The notes: generated by a model not told the origin, from the sequence alone. A stretch of DNA of 64,000 nucleotides from Thermoanaerobaculia bacterium (GCA_963816185.1 CAWFJJ010000024.1:64001-128000), one strand, 5' to 3'; shown: positions 10,302 through 21,100, counted from the first letter of the stretch. Translations and numbers: made by a program.

Positions 10302-11276
10302 CTACACCTCCCGTACGGCCAAGAAGTTGCTGGTTCGGTTCGTGTCAGGCTGTTTGAGTTTCTTCTCATATGCGGCGGCCCCTGTTGCGGCCGCCGATAG
10401 AAGGAATTTCTTTCCCGGCTGTCCGACGTCAAGGGCGCTCTTTGCGCGCCGCGCAGCGGTCTTTGACCCTTGACTTCGGGCAGCCGGGGAATATCCGATT
10501 CTCTTCTTGCCTTCCTCTTTCTCTCTCTTTCTAAGAATCTCTTCCACTCTTCGAGCGTCCTCGATCGTGTCGACGCCGATGGAGTCGCTCGCGGCATCCA
10601 GCACGGCCATCGCCATCCCCGCCGCGAGCGCGCGGAGCTGCTCGAGGCTCTCGGCGCGCTCGAGCGGATGGGGCGGCAGGCTCGTCCAGCGCCGAAGCGC
10701 GTCCTTGCGGTAGCCGTAGAGGCCGAGGTGCTTGAGCGTCGGGAGGGAAGGCTCGGGTCTCCGGCGGTAGGGAAGCGCCGCACGCGAAAAGTAGAGGGCT
10801 CGCCCGTCGTCGCCGCGCACGACCTTGACGTTGTTCGGATTCGCGATCTCGGCCGGATCGTCGATGGCGAGAGCGACCGTCGCGAGCGGAAACTCGGGAT
10901 GCTCGAGCAGGAATCCCGCCACGCGGTCGAGGTTCTCGGGATCCATGAGCGGCTCGTCGCCTTGCACGTTCAGGACGACGTCCACGTCGAGGTCCCTCAC
11001 GGCCGCGAAGACCCGATCCGTTCCGGACGGAAGCGCCGGGTCCGTCAGGACCGCCCGTCCCCCCGCCGTTTCGACCGTGCGGGCGATCCGCGCGTCGTCG
11101 GTCGCCACGAGCACGAGCGAGACGCGCTTCGCCTGAAGGGCCCGCTCGAGAACCCGTACGACCATGGGGGTTCCGGCGATCGGATGGAGAGGTTTCCCCG
11201 GGAAGCGCTCCGCCCGATAGCGGGAGGGGATGACGGCGACGACGTGAAGCGGGGAGGGGGTCGCCAGCCGGGGCAC
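10302..11276 (-). CDS. kdsB: 3-deoxy-manno-octulosonate cytidylyltransferase with an ~80-aa C-terminal extension
   Basis: [52 protein letters not shown]. Start uncertain (GTG 11276 or ATG 11291). Confidence 0.92.
   Translation of the reverse strand: MPRLATPSPLHVVAVIPSRYRAERFPGKPLHPIAGTPMVVRVLERALQAKRVSLVLVATDDARIARTVETAGGRAVLTDPALPSGTDRVFAAVRDLDVDVVLNVQGDEPLMDPENLDRVAGFLLEHPEFPLATVALAIDDPAEIANPNNVKVVRGDDGRALYFSRAALPYRRRPEPSLPTLKHLGLYGYRKDALRRWTSLPPHPLERAESLEQLRALAAGMAMAVLDAASDSIGVDTIEDARRVEEILRKREKEEGKKRIGYSPAARSQGSKTAARRAKSALDVGQPGKKFLLSAAATGAAAYEKKLKQPDTNRTSNFLAVREV
10368..10490. repeat. Structured palindromic element, copy 1
   Basis: Hairpin cggcggcc/ggccgccg plus a long stem closing gTCAAGGG...CCCTTGAc; 82/107 ungapped identity (manual count) to 58965-59071. 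Confidence 0.85.
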
Positions 11277-11386
11277 GTTCGATCTTAACATCGCCTCGCG
11301 TGGGCGCGTCAACGTCGTCACCGGCCCGCGCTCGCGGGTCGATGACGACTTAAACAGGATGGAAGAAAGGGATTCGGGGGAGCCCG

Positions 11387-11821
11387 CTATCCGGCTACGT
11401 TGTGGGCGCGGCCGCTGGTGTCTTCGCTGGATTCGTCCTCGTCCATGAGCTCGTGGAGGGGGAGAACGGCCGTGTCGATCGCTCCCTCCAGCTCGCGGAT
11501 GCCTTCGCGGGCCGCGACGGCATAGGAGTTCGACTCGTCGTATCCGGACGCGGCGACGACTTTCTCGTACGTGAGAAGGGCCTTCGTCGGCTCGTTCAGG
11601 GCGTAGTGGTACGTGTGGGCGACCGTCATGCGGGCCTGCAGATCGTACGGGTTGAGCCGCAGGATCTTCGCCAGGAACACGAGCGAGTCGTTGTAGCGTT
11701 CCTCTTCGAGCGCGACCTCCGCGCGGTGGCGGTAGAGCGCGACCTCTTCCTCGAGCGTGAAATCTTCGCGGGATGCTGCGCTAAAGGGCGATCGGAAGGA
11801 CCGGAACAGCTTTTCGATCAT
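11387..11821 (-). CDS. TPR-like helical protein with an acidic tail
   Basis: AEVALEEERYNDSLVFLAKILRLNPYD and ALLTYEKVV TPR-like pattern; RBS AGGAG. Confidence 0.7.
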   Translation of the reverse strand: MIEKLFRSFRSPFSAASREDFTLEEEVALYRHRAEVALEEERYNDSLVFLAKILRLNPYDLQARMTVAHTYHYALNEPTKALLTYEKVVAASGYDESNSYAVAAREGIRELEGAIDTAVLPLHELMDEDESSEDTSGRAHNVAG

Positions 11822-12062
11822 TCGCTCTCCTGACCGTTCCTGGGTTGTGGGAGCTGATCTGTGACCCACGATATGTTGGGGAGAGCTTAGAACCTGAAAT
11901 CTCGGAAATCAAGTGAGAATCCAGAAAAAAGAAGGATTCCTAGAAGGAGTGCCTTATTAAATTAGGGCGAGACCTGAACACTGCACAGCAACCTAGCAGG
12001 CATTAGACGGCGCTGGCCGAAAGCCTATTTTCATTCGAAGACATTAAATTATTTGTTCTTAA

Positions 12063-13121
12063 TTACTTACGCCGATTTGCGGCGTATTCGGCGGCGAGAA
12101 GGAAGCCTTCCCGGGAAGCTGTCTCGGGGAAGAGCGACGCGATCTCGCGCGCCCTCTCCGCGTGGATCTCGACCATTTCGTGGGCGCGGTCCAGGGCGCC
12201 GAGGCGTTGGACGATCCCGAGGATCTGTTCGGGCGTGACGGATGCGAACCCTTGCTCGGCCACGACCGTCTCGACGAGCTTGCGCTCGGCACGCGTCGCG
12301 TGCGGCAGACAGAGGATCAGGGGCAGCGTGAGCTTGCCCTCCCTCAGGTCGGAGAGAACCGGCTTGCCGAGGTCCGCTTCCTTGGCGGTGTAATCCAGCA
12401 GGTCGTCCTGGAGCTGGAACGCGATCCCGAGCGACATTCCATAATCCCAGAGGCGCTCGCCCCAGGCTTCACGGCTTTCACCGAACGCCTCCGTCACCAG
12501 GAACGACGGAATCTTGCAGGCTCCCGCGAAGAGCAGAGCCGTCTTGCGGCGCACGATGTCGAGATAGCCGTCGAGGGTGAGGTCGAGGAGCCCGCGCCGC
12601 TCGGCGCCGATGATCTCGCCTTCCGTCATCCGGAGCGTCACGTCCGAGAGGAGGCGCAAGACCCTGAGATCCCCCTCCTCCAGGGCGATCTCCATGGACT
12701 TCATGTAGAGGAAGTCGCCGAACAGGACAGTCAGCTCGTTGCCCCACCGCCGGTTCACGCTCGGCCGGCCGCGGCGAAGCTCGGCGTCGTCGATGATGTC
12801 GTCGTGCACCAGCGTCGCCGTGTGAATGAACTCGATCATCGCGGCGTAGCTCACGTCCCGGTCGCCCTCGCACCCGAGAAGATGCGAAGAGAGAAGGAGG
12901 AGCGCCGGCCGGATGCGCTTGCCGCCGCCCTCGACCAGGTAGTCGCCGATGAGGGAGATCGTCGGGATGCCCGAACGCGTCCGCTCCTGGAGGCGGGCCT
13001 CGACGAGCTTCAGCTTGCTTTCGATCGGCGAGAGAGCCGAGAGGAGGCGTCGCCCGTTCTCCCGCTCATCCGCGGGGAGCGTGGCGACGAGCAGCCGGTC
13101 TTTCAGCGAGGTCTGGCTCAT
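12063..13121 (-). CDS. ispB: Polyprenyl diphosphate synthase (IspB/HepT family)
   Basis: GGKRIRP, first Asp-rich motif HDDIIDDAELRRG, second motif FQLQDDLLD, DLREGKLTLP. Confidence 0.9.
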   Translation of the reverse strand: MSQTSLKDRLLVATLPADERENGRRLLSALSPIESKLKLVEARLQERTRSGIPTISLIGDYLVEGGGKRIRPALLLLSSHLLGCEGDRDVSYAAMIEFIHTATLVHDDIIDDAELRRGRPSVNRRWGNELTVLFGDFLYMKSMEIALEEGDLRVLRLLSDVTLRMTEGEIIGAERRGLLDLTLDGYLDIVRRKTALLFAGACKIPSFLVTEAFGESREAWGERLWDYGMSLGIAFQLQDDLLDYTAKEADLGKPVLSDLREGKLTLPLILCLPHATRAERKLVETVVAEQGFASVTPEQILGIVQRLGALDRAHEMVEIHAERAREIASLFPETASREGFLLAAEYAANRRK

Positions 13122-13144
13122 CTCGGCGGTGCATCTTACCGCCC

Positions 13145-13636
13145 TCAGCCGCGGAAATTCGTGAACTGAAGAGGGATCCCGAAGTCCGCGCTTCGCAGGA
13201 GGGCGATGGCGGCCTGCAGGTCGTCCTTCTTCTTGCCCGAGACGCGCAGCTGCTCGCCCTGAATCGCGACCTGCACCTTCAGCTTGCTGTCCTTGACGGC
13301 CTTTACGATCTCCCGCGCCTTCTCGGAGGGGATGCCCTGACGGATCGTCACGACCTGTCGCACGGTCCCCTTGGACGCGGGCTCGATCGTGCCGTAGTCG
13401 AAAGCCTTCAGAGACACGCCCCGCTTCGCGAGCTTCGTCTGGAGCAGGTCCGTCACGGCCTTCAGGCCGAACTCGTCGTTCGCCGTGAGCGTGAGCTCTC
13501 GGTCCTTCTGCTCGATTCCGGCCGCGGTGCCCTTCAGGTCGAAGCGCTGTGCGACTTCCTTCCGGGCCTGAGAGACCGCGTTCGCGACCTCGGGGAGGTT
13601 GACTTCGGAGACGACGTCGAATGTGGGTTCGGCCAT
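13145..13636 (-). CDS. yajQ: YajQ family nucleotide/c-di-GMP-binding protein
   Basis: PTFDVVSEV..NAV, RFDLKG, KVQVAIQGEQLRVSGKKKDDLQ, LQFTNFR. Confidence 0.93.
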   Translation of the reverse strand: MAEPTFDVVSEVNLPEVANAVSQARKEVAQRFDLKGTAAGIEQKDRELTLTANDEFGLKAVTDLLQTKLAKRGVSLKAFDYGTIEPASKGTVRQVVTIRQGIPSEKAREIVKAVKDSKLKVQVAIQGEQLRVSGKKKDDLQAAIALLRSADFGIPLQFTNFRG

Positions 13637-13640
13637 GGAA

Positions 13641-14390
13641 TCACTCCGAGAGGATCTTCGTGCCTTCCGGCGGGACGAGCGCGAAGTCCGAGTCAGGGCG
13701 CTTCGGCCCGGACATCTTCTGCGTGAACGTAAACGTCGTGCGGTTGCCCCCGGCATCCACGAGAATCAGCCTCTTCACCTCGCCCGAGGCTGCCGCGACG
13801 AGCGTGACGGACTTCGGATCCCCGCCGGCGCGAGGGGTCAGCGTGAGCTCGGTCAGGCCGGCGTCCCGTGCGGCGGCGCGCGCCGCATAGCGCGAGAGGA
13901 GCGAGTCGGTCGACTCCAGAAACACGATCGGCAGGCGCGCGATCTCCGCGGGGCTCAGCGTGCGGACGACGAGCTGCCGGTCCGCCGCGACGAACTGGCG
14001 GCCGGCCCTGCCGTCGAACGTGAACACTTTCCCTTCGGGTCCGTCGTAGTCGAAACGCACGCGGTCCGGTGACTGGAGGATCAGTCGCCCGGTCTCCGGC
14101 GCGGTTTCCGCGAAACCTGCCGGCGCGTACGTCTGCACGAACGTGCAGCTCACGGAGGGGGAGGACGAATAAGCTGTTCGGATGCTCGTGAGAAGCGCTC
14201 GCGCGTCGAGCGACGCGACAGCCGGCGGCGCTGGCGTCGCGGCCGGCTTCGCCGGCCGTGCCTCGAAGGGAAAGAAGAATAGGAGGAAAAAAACGAAGAC
14301 TGCGGCGCGCTGCGCGCGCCGTGCTTCGAAAGGAAGAAGGACCGGCGATTCGGCTTGGCGCCGGCAGCGCCTGAGGGCGGGTGCGTTCAC
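13641..14390 (-). CDS. Outer-membrane lipoprotein carrier, LolA-like
   Basis: Signal peptide; FVQTY..ETGRLILQSPDRVRFDY..FDG; DAGGNRTTFTF; FALVPPEG. Start uncertain. Confidence 0.75.
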   Translation of the reverse strand: MNAPALRRCRRQAESPVLLPFEARRAQRAAVFVFFLLFFFPFEARPAKPAATPAPPAVASLDARALLTSIRTAYSSSPSVSCTFVQTYAPAGFAETAPETGRLILQSPDRVRFDYDGPEGKVFTFDGRAGRQFVAADRQLVVRTLSPAEIARLPIVFLESTDSLLSRYAARAAARDAGLTELTLTPRAGGDPKSVTLVAAASGEVKRLILVDAGGNRTTFTFTQKMSGPKRPDSDFALVPPEGTKILSE

Positions 14391-14427
14391 TTTCTAAGAA
14401 TCTTCTCTTTCTTTCTCTCGTCTCTTC

Positions 14428-15972
14428 TCAATGTCTAAAGTGCCTCTTGCCCGTGAACACCATTGCGATTCCCGCGGCATCGGCCGCGGCGATGACGGCG
14501 GGGTCCCTCACGGAGCCGCCGGGCTGGATGACGGCCGTGACGCCCGCGACCGCGAGCACCTCGAGACCGTCCGGGAACGGAAAGAAGGCGTCCGACGCCG
14601 CGACCGCGCCTTTTGCGCGCGTTCCCGCCTTGCCGGCGGCGTCGCGGCACGCGTCCACGCGGCTCGTGCGCCCGCCGCCGATGCCGTACGTCGCGCTCTC
14701 GCCCGCCACGACGATGGCGTTGGAGACGACGCCGCGCAGGACTCGGTTTGCGAAGCCGAGCGCGCGCCGCTCGGCTTCGCCCGGCGCCCGCTTCGTCACG
14801 ACTTTCCATTCCGATGCGTCGTCGGGAGCGAGGTCGCCTTCTTGAACGAGCAGGCCCCCGTCGATGCCCCGGACCTCGAGGCGCGGGCGGGAATCCCGCT
14901 CCGGCGCGACGGTCAGGACGCGCAGGTTTGGCTTCTTCGCGAGAATCGGCTTTGCGTCGTTCGTCACGTCGTGCACGACGATCACCTCGAGAAAGCGCGA
15001 CGTGAGCACCCCTGCCGCTGCGGCGTCCAGCAAACCCGTGTACGCGACGACGCCGCCGTAGCTCGAGACGGGGTCGGAAGCCCACGCCGCCTCGAACGCC
15101 TCCGCCATCGCATGCTCCGTGGCCACGCCCGAGGGAACGCGGTGCTTCACGATCGTGAGGGCGTTCCGGCCCACGACGCGCGACGTGTAGAGAGCCGAGT
15201 CCGCATCGAGGAGGTTGGTGTACGAGAGCTCTTTTCCCTGCACGAAGCGGTAACGCGAGAGCGCGGGAGGCGCGGCGGCGGCGTCCACATAGAGAGAGGC
15301 CTTCTGGTGCGGGTTCTCGCCGTAGCGCAGCGGTGCGGCGAGCGAGAAGGAGAGCGACAGGCGCTCCGGAAACGTCTCGCCTGCCTCTCCCGAGAACCAC
15401 CGCGCGATCGCAGAGTCGTAGGCCGCCGTGCGCCGGAACGCCTTCGCGGCCAGACGCCGGCGCGTCGCGTCGCTGAGTGTGCCGCCGCTCTTCGTGAGCT
15501 CGGAGGCGACGGCCGGGTAGTCCGCCGGATCGCACACGGCCGCGACGTGTGCGTGGTTCTTCGCCGCCGCGCGCAGGAGCGACGGGCCGCCGACGTCGAT
15601 CTTCTCGATGGCGTCGCCAAAGGCGACGTTCTCCCTCGCGACGGCCTCCTCGAACGGATAGAGATTCACGACGACGAGATCGATCGGCGAGGCGCCGCTC
15701 GCCGCCGCCTCGGCCCGATCGCGCTCCTCGGACCTGTCGAAGAGGATTCCGCCGAAAACCTTCGGGTGGAGCGTCTTCACGCGTCCGCCGAAGACCTCGG
15801 GACAGCCGGTGAGGTCCGAGACGCTCGTGACGGCGAGGCCGGCCGCCGCGAGATGTCCGGCGGTGCCGCCCGTCGAAACGAGTTCGAAGCCCAGCCCGGC
15901 CAGGGTGCGCGCGAATTCGACGAGGCCGGCGCGGTCGGAAACGGAGAGAAGAGCGAGGCGCGTGTCACTCAC
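14428..15972 (-). CDS. purH: Bifunctional AICAR transformylase/IMP cyclohydrolase
   Basis: ALLSVSDR, STGGTA, GGRVKTLHP, VVNLYPF, IDVGGP, LRYGENPHQ, SDAFFPF, QPGGSVRD, RHFRH. Confidence 0.95.
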   Translation of the reverse strand: MSDTRLALLSVSDRAGLVEFARTLAGLGFELVSTGGTAGHLAAAGLAVTSVSDLTGCPEVFGGRVKTLHPKVFGGILFDRSEERDRAEAAASGASPIDLVVVNLYPFEEAVARENVAFGDAIEKIDVGGPSLLRAAAKNHAHVAAVCDPADYPAVASELTKSGGTLSDATRRRLAAKAFRRTAAYDSAIARWFSGEAGETFPERLSLSFSLAAPLRYGENPHQKASLYVDAAAAPPALSRYRFVQGKELSYTNLLDADSALYTSRVVGRNALTIVKHRVPSGVATEHAMAEAFEAAWASDPVSSYGGVVAYTGLLDAAAAGVLTSRFLEVIVVHDVTNDAKPILAKKPNLRVLTVAPERDSRPRLEVRGIDGGLLVQEGDLAPDDASEWKVVTKRAPGEAERRALGFANRVLRGVVSNAIVVAGESATYGIGGGRTSRVDACRDAAGKAGTRAKGAVAASDAFFPFPDGLEVLAVAGVTAVIQPGGSVRDPAVIAAADAAGIAMVFTGKRHFRH

Positions 15973-16579
15973 GGACGGGGTAGGGTCCTTTCGAGACGGG
16001 GTACTGCGCGACCAAGAAAACGTCTCCTCCGGCGGTTTTCCAGATCCAGGCGAGGAGCCGCGTCGTGAGCGTGATGGAGGCGTCGTAACACTCCCGGCGC
16101 GTGCCGGACGGCAGCGCCGCCGCCGCGAGCTTCTCGGGCGCGGCGAACGGCTCCGGCGAAAAGCCCAGGAAACGGGCGCCCGCCGACGTGTCCGCGGCGG
16201 GTCCGGCGGCCGGCGGGAACGCCATCGCGAACTCGTGGACGATCCCGCCTGCCTGGTAGGAGATCCCGTCGAAAGGCGTGTGGCGGCGGATCGACTCCGC
16301 CAGAGCGCGCGCGCCGCGGGCCGCGGCGGCGCGATGCGCGGCCGCGTCGCGAGTGCCGGCCTCGGCGGCGGCCGCGTCGCGCACGCCCTGCATGAGGCGC
16401 CGCGAGTGTTTCGCGAGCTGACGCTTGAAATCCGGCGGCGCAAAGGAGGCCGCGTCGGCCGCCATCCTCGCTTCCTCGGCGACGCCCCAGCGCACCGGCT
16501 CGGCGGTGCGGGCGGGAGCGGTAGAGAGCACGAGCGCAAACACGGCGGCGAGTGAACCGGGAGGCAAGCGGCAGCGCAT
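15965..16579 (-). CDS. Secreted hypothetical protein, possibly a degenerate phospholipase C/S1-P1 nuclease-like helical fold
   Basis: Signal peptide followed by WG; an 'AGGIVHE' segment; TACAAT 9 nt upstream. The fold call is weak inference. Confidence 0.55.
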   Translation of the reverse strand: MRCRLPPGSLAAVFALVLSTAPARTAEPVRWGVAEEARMAADAASFAPPDFKRQLAKHSRRLMQGVRDAAAAEAGTRDAAAHRAAAARGARALAESIRRHTPFDGISYQAGGIVHEFAMAFPPAAGPAADTSAGARFLGFSPEPFAAPEKLAAAALPSGTRRECYDASITLTTRLLAWIWKTAGGDVFLVAQYPVSKGPYPVRE

Positions 16580-16637
16580 CGCGCCGCGATTGTACGGGTC
16601 GCGGCGTAGACTCCGCTTACGTACGGAGTTGGACGGG

Positions 16638-18119
16638 ATGAAGAAACACCGCGTCGCGGTTGTCGGGACTCTTGCAGTCCTCGCGGTCGCCGCGCTCGCC
16701 GTCTTCCTCGCGTCGAGGCCCGTCGCGCCGTCGTCGCGCTTCAAGCCGGTCGAGGTCGCCGGGCAGGACCTCGTCCTTCTGCCGGAGGCGGCAAGGCCGT
16801 TCACGCGAGTCGTGATCGGCCTCCGCCCCCACGGGGCGACCGGTAAGAACCCGCTGCGCGGCGCAACTGACCCGCGGGTCGTAGATCTCAGGCGCCGGCT
16901 CTATGCCCTGGACTTCGAGCTCCTCCAGGGCAAGAGCATGACGGCCGTGCCGTCGTATGCGACTTTCTACGTGGCCGTGCCCGACCCGGCGACGGTCCCC
17001 GAGGCCTCGGGCGAGGAAGAGGCCGACTTCCGCGCGTATCTCGCGACGCGACTCGGCTGGTCGGAGGAGACGATCCGGACGCGAATCCGCGTCTTCCGCG
17101 TCTCGCGGCCCATCCTTTACCCGCAGGACATGGCGGAGATCCTCGGCCACGACCGCGCGGGGCGGCTCGTCCTCGGCGTAGGCCGCGACACGGACCCGGT
17201 CTATGCGGAGCCGGTCGAACGGATCGCGAGGGCTTTTCCCGACGACTTCACTGTGCGGCGGCTCCAGGGCGTCCACGTCGGCGACATCAACACGGAAGGC
17301 GGAGACCTCGCGCTGAGCTGGCTCCCCGACGGCAAGATCGGGCTCCTCGTGGGCCGCCATCGCGCGATCCGCTATCTCGAACGGCGGACCGGCGAATCCC
17401 TTTTGGGACACCCTCTCACCTCGGAACAGATCGAGGAGGTCCGGCGCGCGTTCTCGTCGGCCTTCTTCGGCGTCGAGGTGCTGATCGTCGGGGAGGAGGC
17501 GCTCCGCGACCCGTCGCGCGGCAGCGAGGAGCTGTTCCACGCGGACATGGCCGTCGCGGCAGTCCGGAACGCCACGGAAGCCCTCGCGTTCGTCCCGACG
17601 TACGAGAATCCTCCCGTCGACGCGAACTCCCGGGCCCTCCTTCCGGTGACGTTCGTCCGCGACGTTCAGAAGGAGTACGACCTCGTCGCGGGGCAGATGG
17701 AGGCGCGGGGTTACCGCGTCGTACGTCTTCCTTTCGAGGACCACCCGGTCCGCTCGCCGGTGAACGTGAGCAAGTTCGTCGACGCGACCTCGGGCAAGCC
17801 CGTCGTCCTCCTCGCACGCTACCCGGAGCACCGGTCTCCGTCCCCGGGAGTCGAAAGCGCGATGGGGCAGCTGCAGGACGCGGTGCTCGCGCTGCAGGCA
17901 AGTCTCGACGCATGGGAGGCGGCGCCGACGGAGGCGGCGTTCGTTCGGCTCGACGCGAGCCTCGCAAACGCGTGGCGCGAGCTCGACGAGGCGGTCGCGA
18001 GCCCGAACCCGCTCTTCGACCGGCAGCGCGCGCTCTACGAGGCGAACGGGCTGTCGGTCATACCCCTCCCGCTCTTCCCGAGCGGCGAGGGCGGCGTTCA
18101 CTGCCTGCTCCTGCGCTAG
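16638..18119 (+). CDS. Membrane-anchored/secreted pentein superfamily enzyme (amidinotransferase/deiminase-like)
   Basis: N-terminal hydrophobic anchor; YPQD, TEGGD, FHAD, PVN and C-terminal GEGGVHC motifs. Confidence 0.7.
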   Translation: MKKHRVAVVGTLAVLAVAALAVFLASRPVAPSSRFKPVEVAGQDLVLLPEAARPFTRVVIGLRPHGATGKNPLRGATDPRVVDLRRRLYALDFELLQGKSMTAVPSYATFYVAVPDPATVPEASGEEEADFRAYLATRLGWSEETIRTRIRVFRVSRPILYPQDMAEILGHDRAGRLVLGVGRDTDPVYAEPVERIARAFPDDFTVRRLQGVHVGDINTEGGDLALSWLPDGKIGLLVGRHRAIRYLERRTGESLLGHPLTSEQIEEVRRAFSSAFFGVEVLIVGEEALRDPSRGSEELFHADMAVAAVRNATEALAFVPTYENPPVDANSRALLPVTFVRDVQKEYDLVAGQMEARGYRVVRLPFEDHPVRSPVNVSKFVDATSGKPVVLLARYPEHRSPSPGVESAMGQLQDAVLALQASLDAWEAAPTEAAFVRLDASLANAWRELDEAVASPNPLFDRQRALYEANGLSVIPLPLFPSGEGGVHCLLLR

Positions 18120-21100
18120 AAGATTTTCAGGAACGTGAGGCTCAGGACGACGCCCGTCTGGCCGCGGTTCCGGCCCGCGACGGGCGTGCCCGCGTCGAAA
18201 CGTACGAGCGTGGACCACGGGCCCGGCAGCTCGCCGGAGAGGCCCGCGCCGCTGAAGTAGGCCCAATCGAGCGAGGATCCGGGGTCCTTGACACGCGCGT
18301 CCTCGTAGATGACCTCGAGGCGGAAGGCATCTCCGAAGACGTAGCCGTAGGCGAACTTCGAAGCGATGGCCTCCTCGGCCCGGAGGGCACCGGAGCGAAA
18401 GCCGCGCAGGGAGGTTCCGCCGAAGAACCCGAAGGTGTACTTCGAGAAGCGGTCCGTGTTGTCCGAGCCGAAATAGGCGAGCGACGACCGGATGCGCTGG
18501 AAGTGCGGGAAGTGAAAGTCCTTCTGGAGCTCGAGCGAATAGGTCCGGTACTCGTCCTTGCCTCTGTCGTAGTCCGGATTGCCGGCGAAGCCCCACGGAT
18601 CCCACCGCGAGCGCTTGTGCCATCCGTACCGACCCGAGAGCGCCCACCCGCGGAAGTCCCAGGTGGCCTGCCCCTCGAGGCTCGTGACCCAGTGGTCGGA
18701 CGGAACGACGAACGCGGACGACGTCTCCGTACTGTCGGCCGCGAAATCGCGATGAGTCTCGCCCAGGGTCGTCGAGAGCTTCACGTGCCGGCCGAGGGGA
18801 ATGCCGGCCTTGAAATTCCCCGCGAACGAGCGCGACTTCACGCGCTGGGACCTGTCCTCGGTCCCGTTCACGTAGAGCGAATCGTTTCCGCGGATCGCGA
18901 TGCCGAAGACGTCGACGCCCGCGTCGATGGCCGTCCCGAAGAGGCGCGGCTGGTTGTACGAGGCCGCGAGAAGGACCCCGCCGAAGAAGACCTGAAGCTG
19001 CTCGTGCCGCTTTTGGACGTCGAGGTCGACGTAGTACACGCCGAGCAGGGGGAGCGGATAGTCGAACGAGCTGTCGTAGAAGACGCCGCCGAGACCGAAC
19101 AGATGCCCGTGCTTCGTGTCGGCGGTGACGACGCGTCCGCCGTCCTTCGTCTTCTCGAGATAGCGCACGCCTTTTTCCGTGTCTCTCACCATGACGTCCG
19201 GCGAGGCGAAAGCAGCCTGTCGCTCGGCGACGAAATCCGGCGGGTCGAGCCTCACGTCCGAGAGCGTGCTCTCGCGTTCGATCACCGTCGTCCGCGAGAA
19301 CGTCTTGAGGATCCACTGTCCGGTCGTGTGCGTGGGAAGGCGGAGGGGAGGGCCGCCGTCGGGCGCGGGAACCTCGCCGAAATCCGAGACTTCGTCCACG
19401 GCCTGAATCTCCGCCGTGAGGTTGAGCTGGCGCGTACGCGTCCTGATCGCCGCGAAATCGCCCTTCGCGACCCAGACCCTGCCGGCATAGAGAGGCTTGT
19501 CGGAAGCCGCGGCGCGAGGTGTGAAGTCGAGCGCCCAGCAGGGGACCCCGTTCACGGTGTCGTCGCCCGCGAGCGTGTAGACATAAGCGTCGTCGAAGGT
19601 CAGGGCGAGCGGCATGTCCGAGACCTTCTCGGGCTGCAGGAGCGGCAGCTCCGGAATCTTCTTTCCCTTCCACCGCACGCCGTTGAAGTACGCCTCGCTC
19701 CAGGCCCAGTCGTAGCCGCCGCCCTTCTCGTAGAAGAACGGGCCCGCAAGCGCGAGGTCGAGCGTGTTGTTCAGCTCGGCGAAACGAAAGCGCATCGAGA
19801 TCGTGTTCCGCGCCGTCAGGGTCTTCCACCGCGCGTCGCGCGCCGCGCGCCACGCCTGGTGCTTCGCGAGAATCTCGTCGGCCGTGAGGCCACGTGTCAC
19901 GGCGACGCCGACGGCGGCCTTCGCGGCCTCCGAAGGGAGCGGTTCCCGCGCGACGAGCCGTATGCCGAGCGGCCCGTCCGCAAGCGAGAGCGAGAGACGC
20001 GCGGGAACGGCCCGGGCGGGGATTTCGAACTTCTTCGAGGCGCCCGTCCCGAGCTCGGTGACCTCGGCCGAGAGGTATGCCGTGCCGTCGAGGGTCAGAG
20101 AGAAGGCTCCGGCCGAAGCGCGGCCCGAGATCGCCGTCCCCGGGATCAGGACGACGCCGCCGAGATCCGTTCGCGCGACGAATCGGAACGCCTCGAGCGG
20201 TTCGCCCTTCGCGGTCGAGGCCGTCGCAGCGCGGGAATCGGGCCCGAAATCTCCGTCGAGAAGGCGTGCGAAGCGCTCGAGGGCGCCGTCCTCGGCCGGA
20301 GGCCATCCGGGCGTCGCGGCGACGAAGGGGGCGTTCTCCGAAGCGAGGCGCGCGGCGGCGGAGAGGAGCTCGGCGGGAGAGCGGACGCCGGAGAAATCGA
20401 GATCGACGAGCGCGGGCTTCCCGAACGACAGGTCATCGACCGCGACGCGGACCTGGCCGGGAGCCGATCGGGCCGAAGGGGTCACGCCGACGAAGTCGAC
20501 ATACGCGGCATTCTCTTCCGAGAAGAGCTGCTTGACCTCCCGCGGCGCGAGCTCTCCTTGCGCGACGGGTCCGGCCGCGAAGGCGATTCGGGCTTGCGGC
20601 GCAGCGGCGCGCGCGCCCGCAGCCGCCTTTCTAAGCAAATATGATCTTGCCTTCGAATCGAACGTGCCTTCCTGGGGACGCCCGAAATCATGAATTCCCG
20701 GTACGCGCGTGACAGGGAACCCGATCCTCACGAGATCCGCCTCTTTCGAGTCCCTGAGGATGTCTCCGAGCCCGGGCCACAGGTCCTCTACCGTCGCCGC
20801 TTCGGCGGCACGTACGTCCACCGGAATCTTGGCGTCCGGCAGCTCGAGATCGAGGCCCCAACGCCAGCCCGCGCGATGCGCGTCCTTCGCAAGCGCGCGA
20901 ACCGCCTCCCGCGCGGGGGCGTCTCCCGCCTTCCAAGCCGGCGGGTTGAGCTTCAGGAGCAGCCCCGGAGCGTTCGGCGAAAGCGATTCAACCGCTCTTG
21001 ACGCGAGGCGCCCGATGCGGGCGTCTCCCGGAGCGATCTTCAGCCAGGGAGAGAGCGTGGGAGCCGGAGAAGCGGCTCGGGCGGGGCTCGAGAGGGCCGT

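Noticed and set aside
14428-15972. Divergent PurH transformylase motifs (KHRVPSG, GGRTSRVD)
   Set aside because: The catalytic Lys-His pair and overall length are retained; likely ordinary divergence.
16617-20644. Long overlapping or antisense ORFs (1229 aa, 910 aa and many similar across the window)
   Set aside because: Arg/Ala/Gly-rich shadow frames expected at high GC; the motif-bearing genes lie in other frames.
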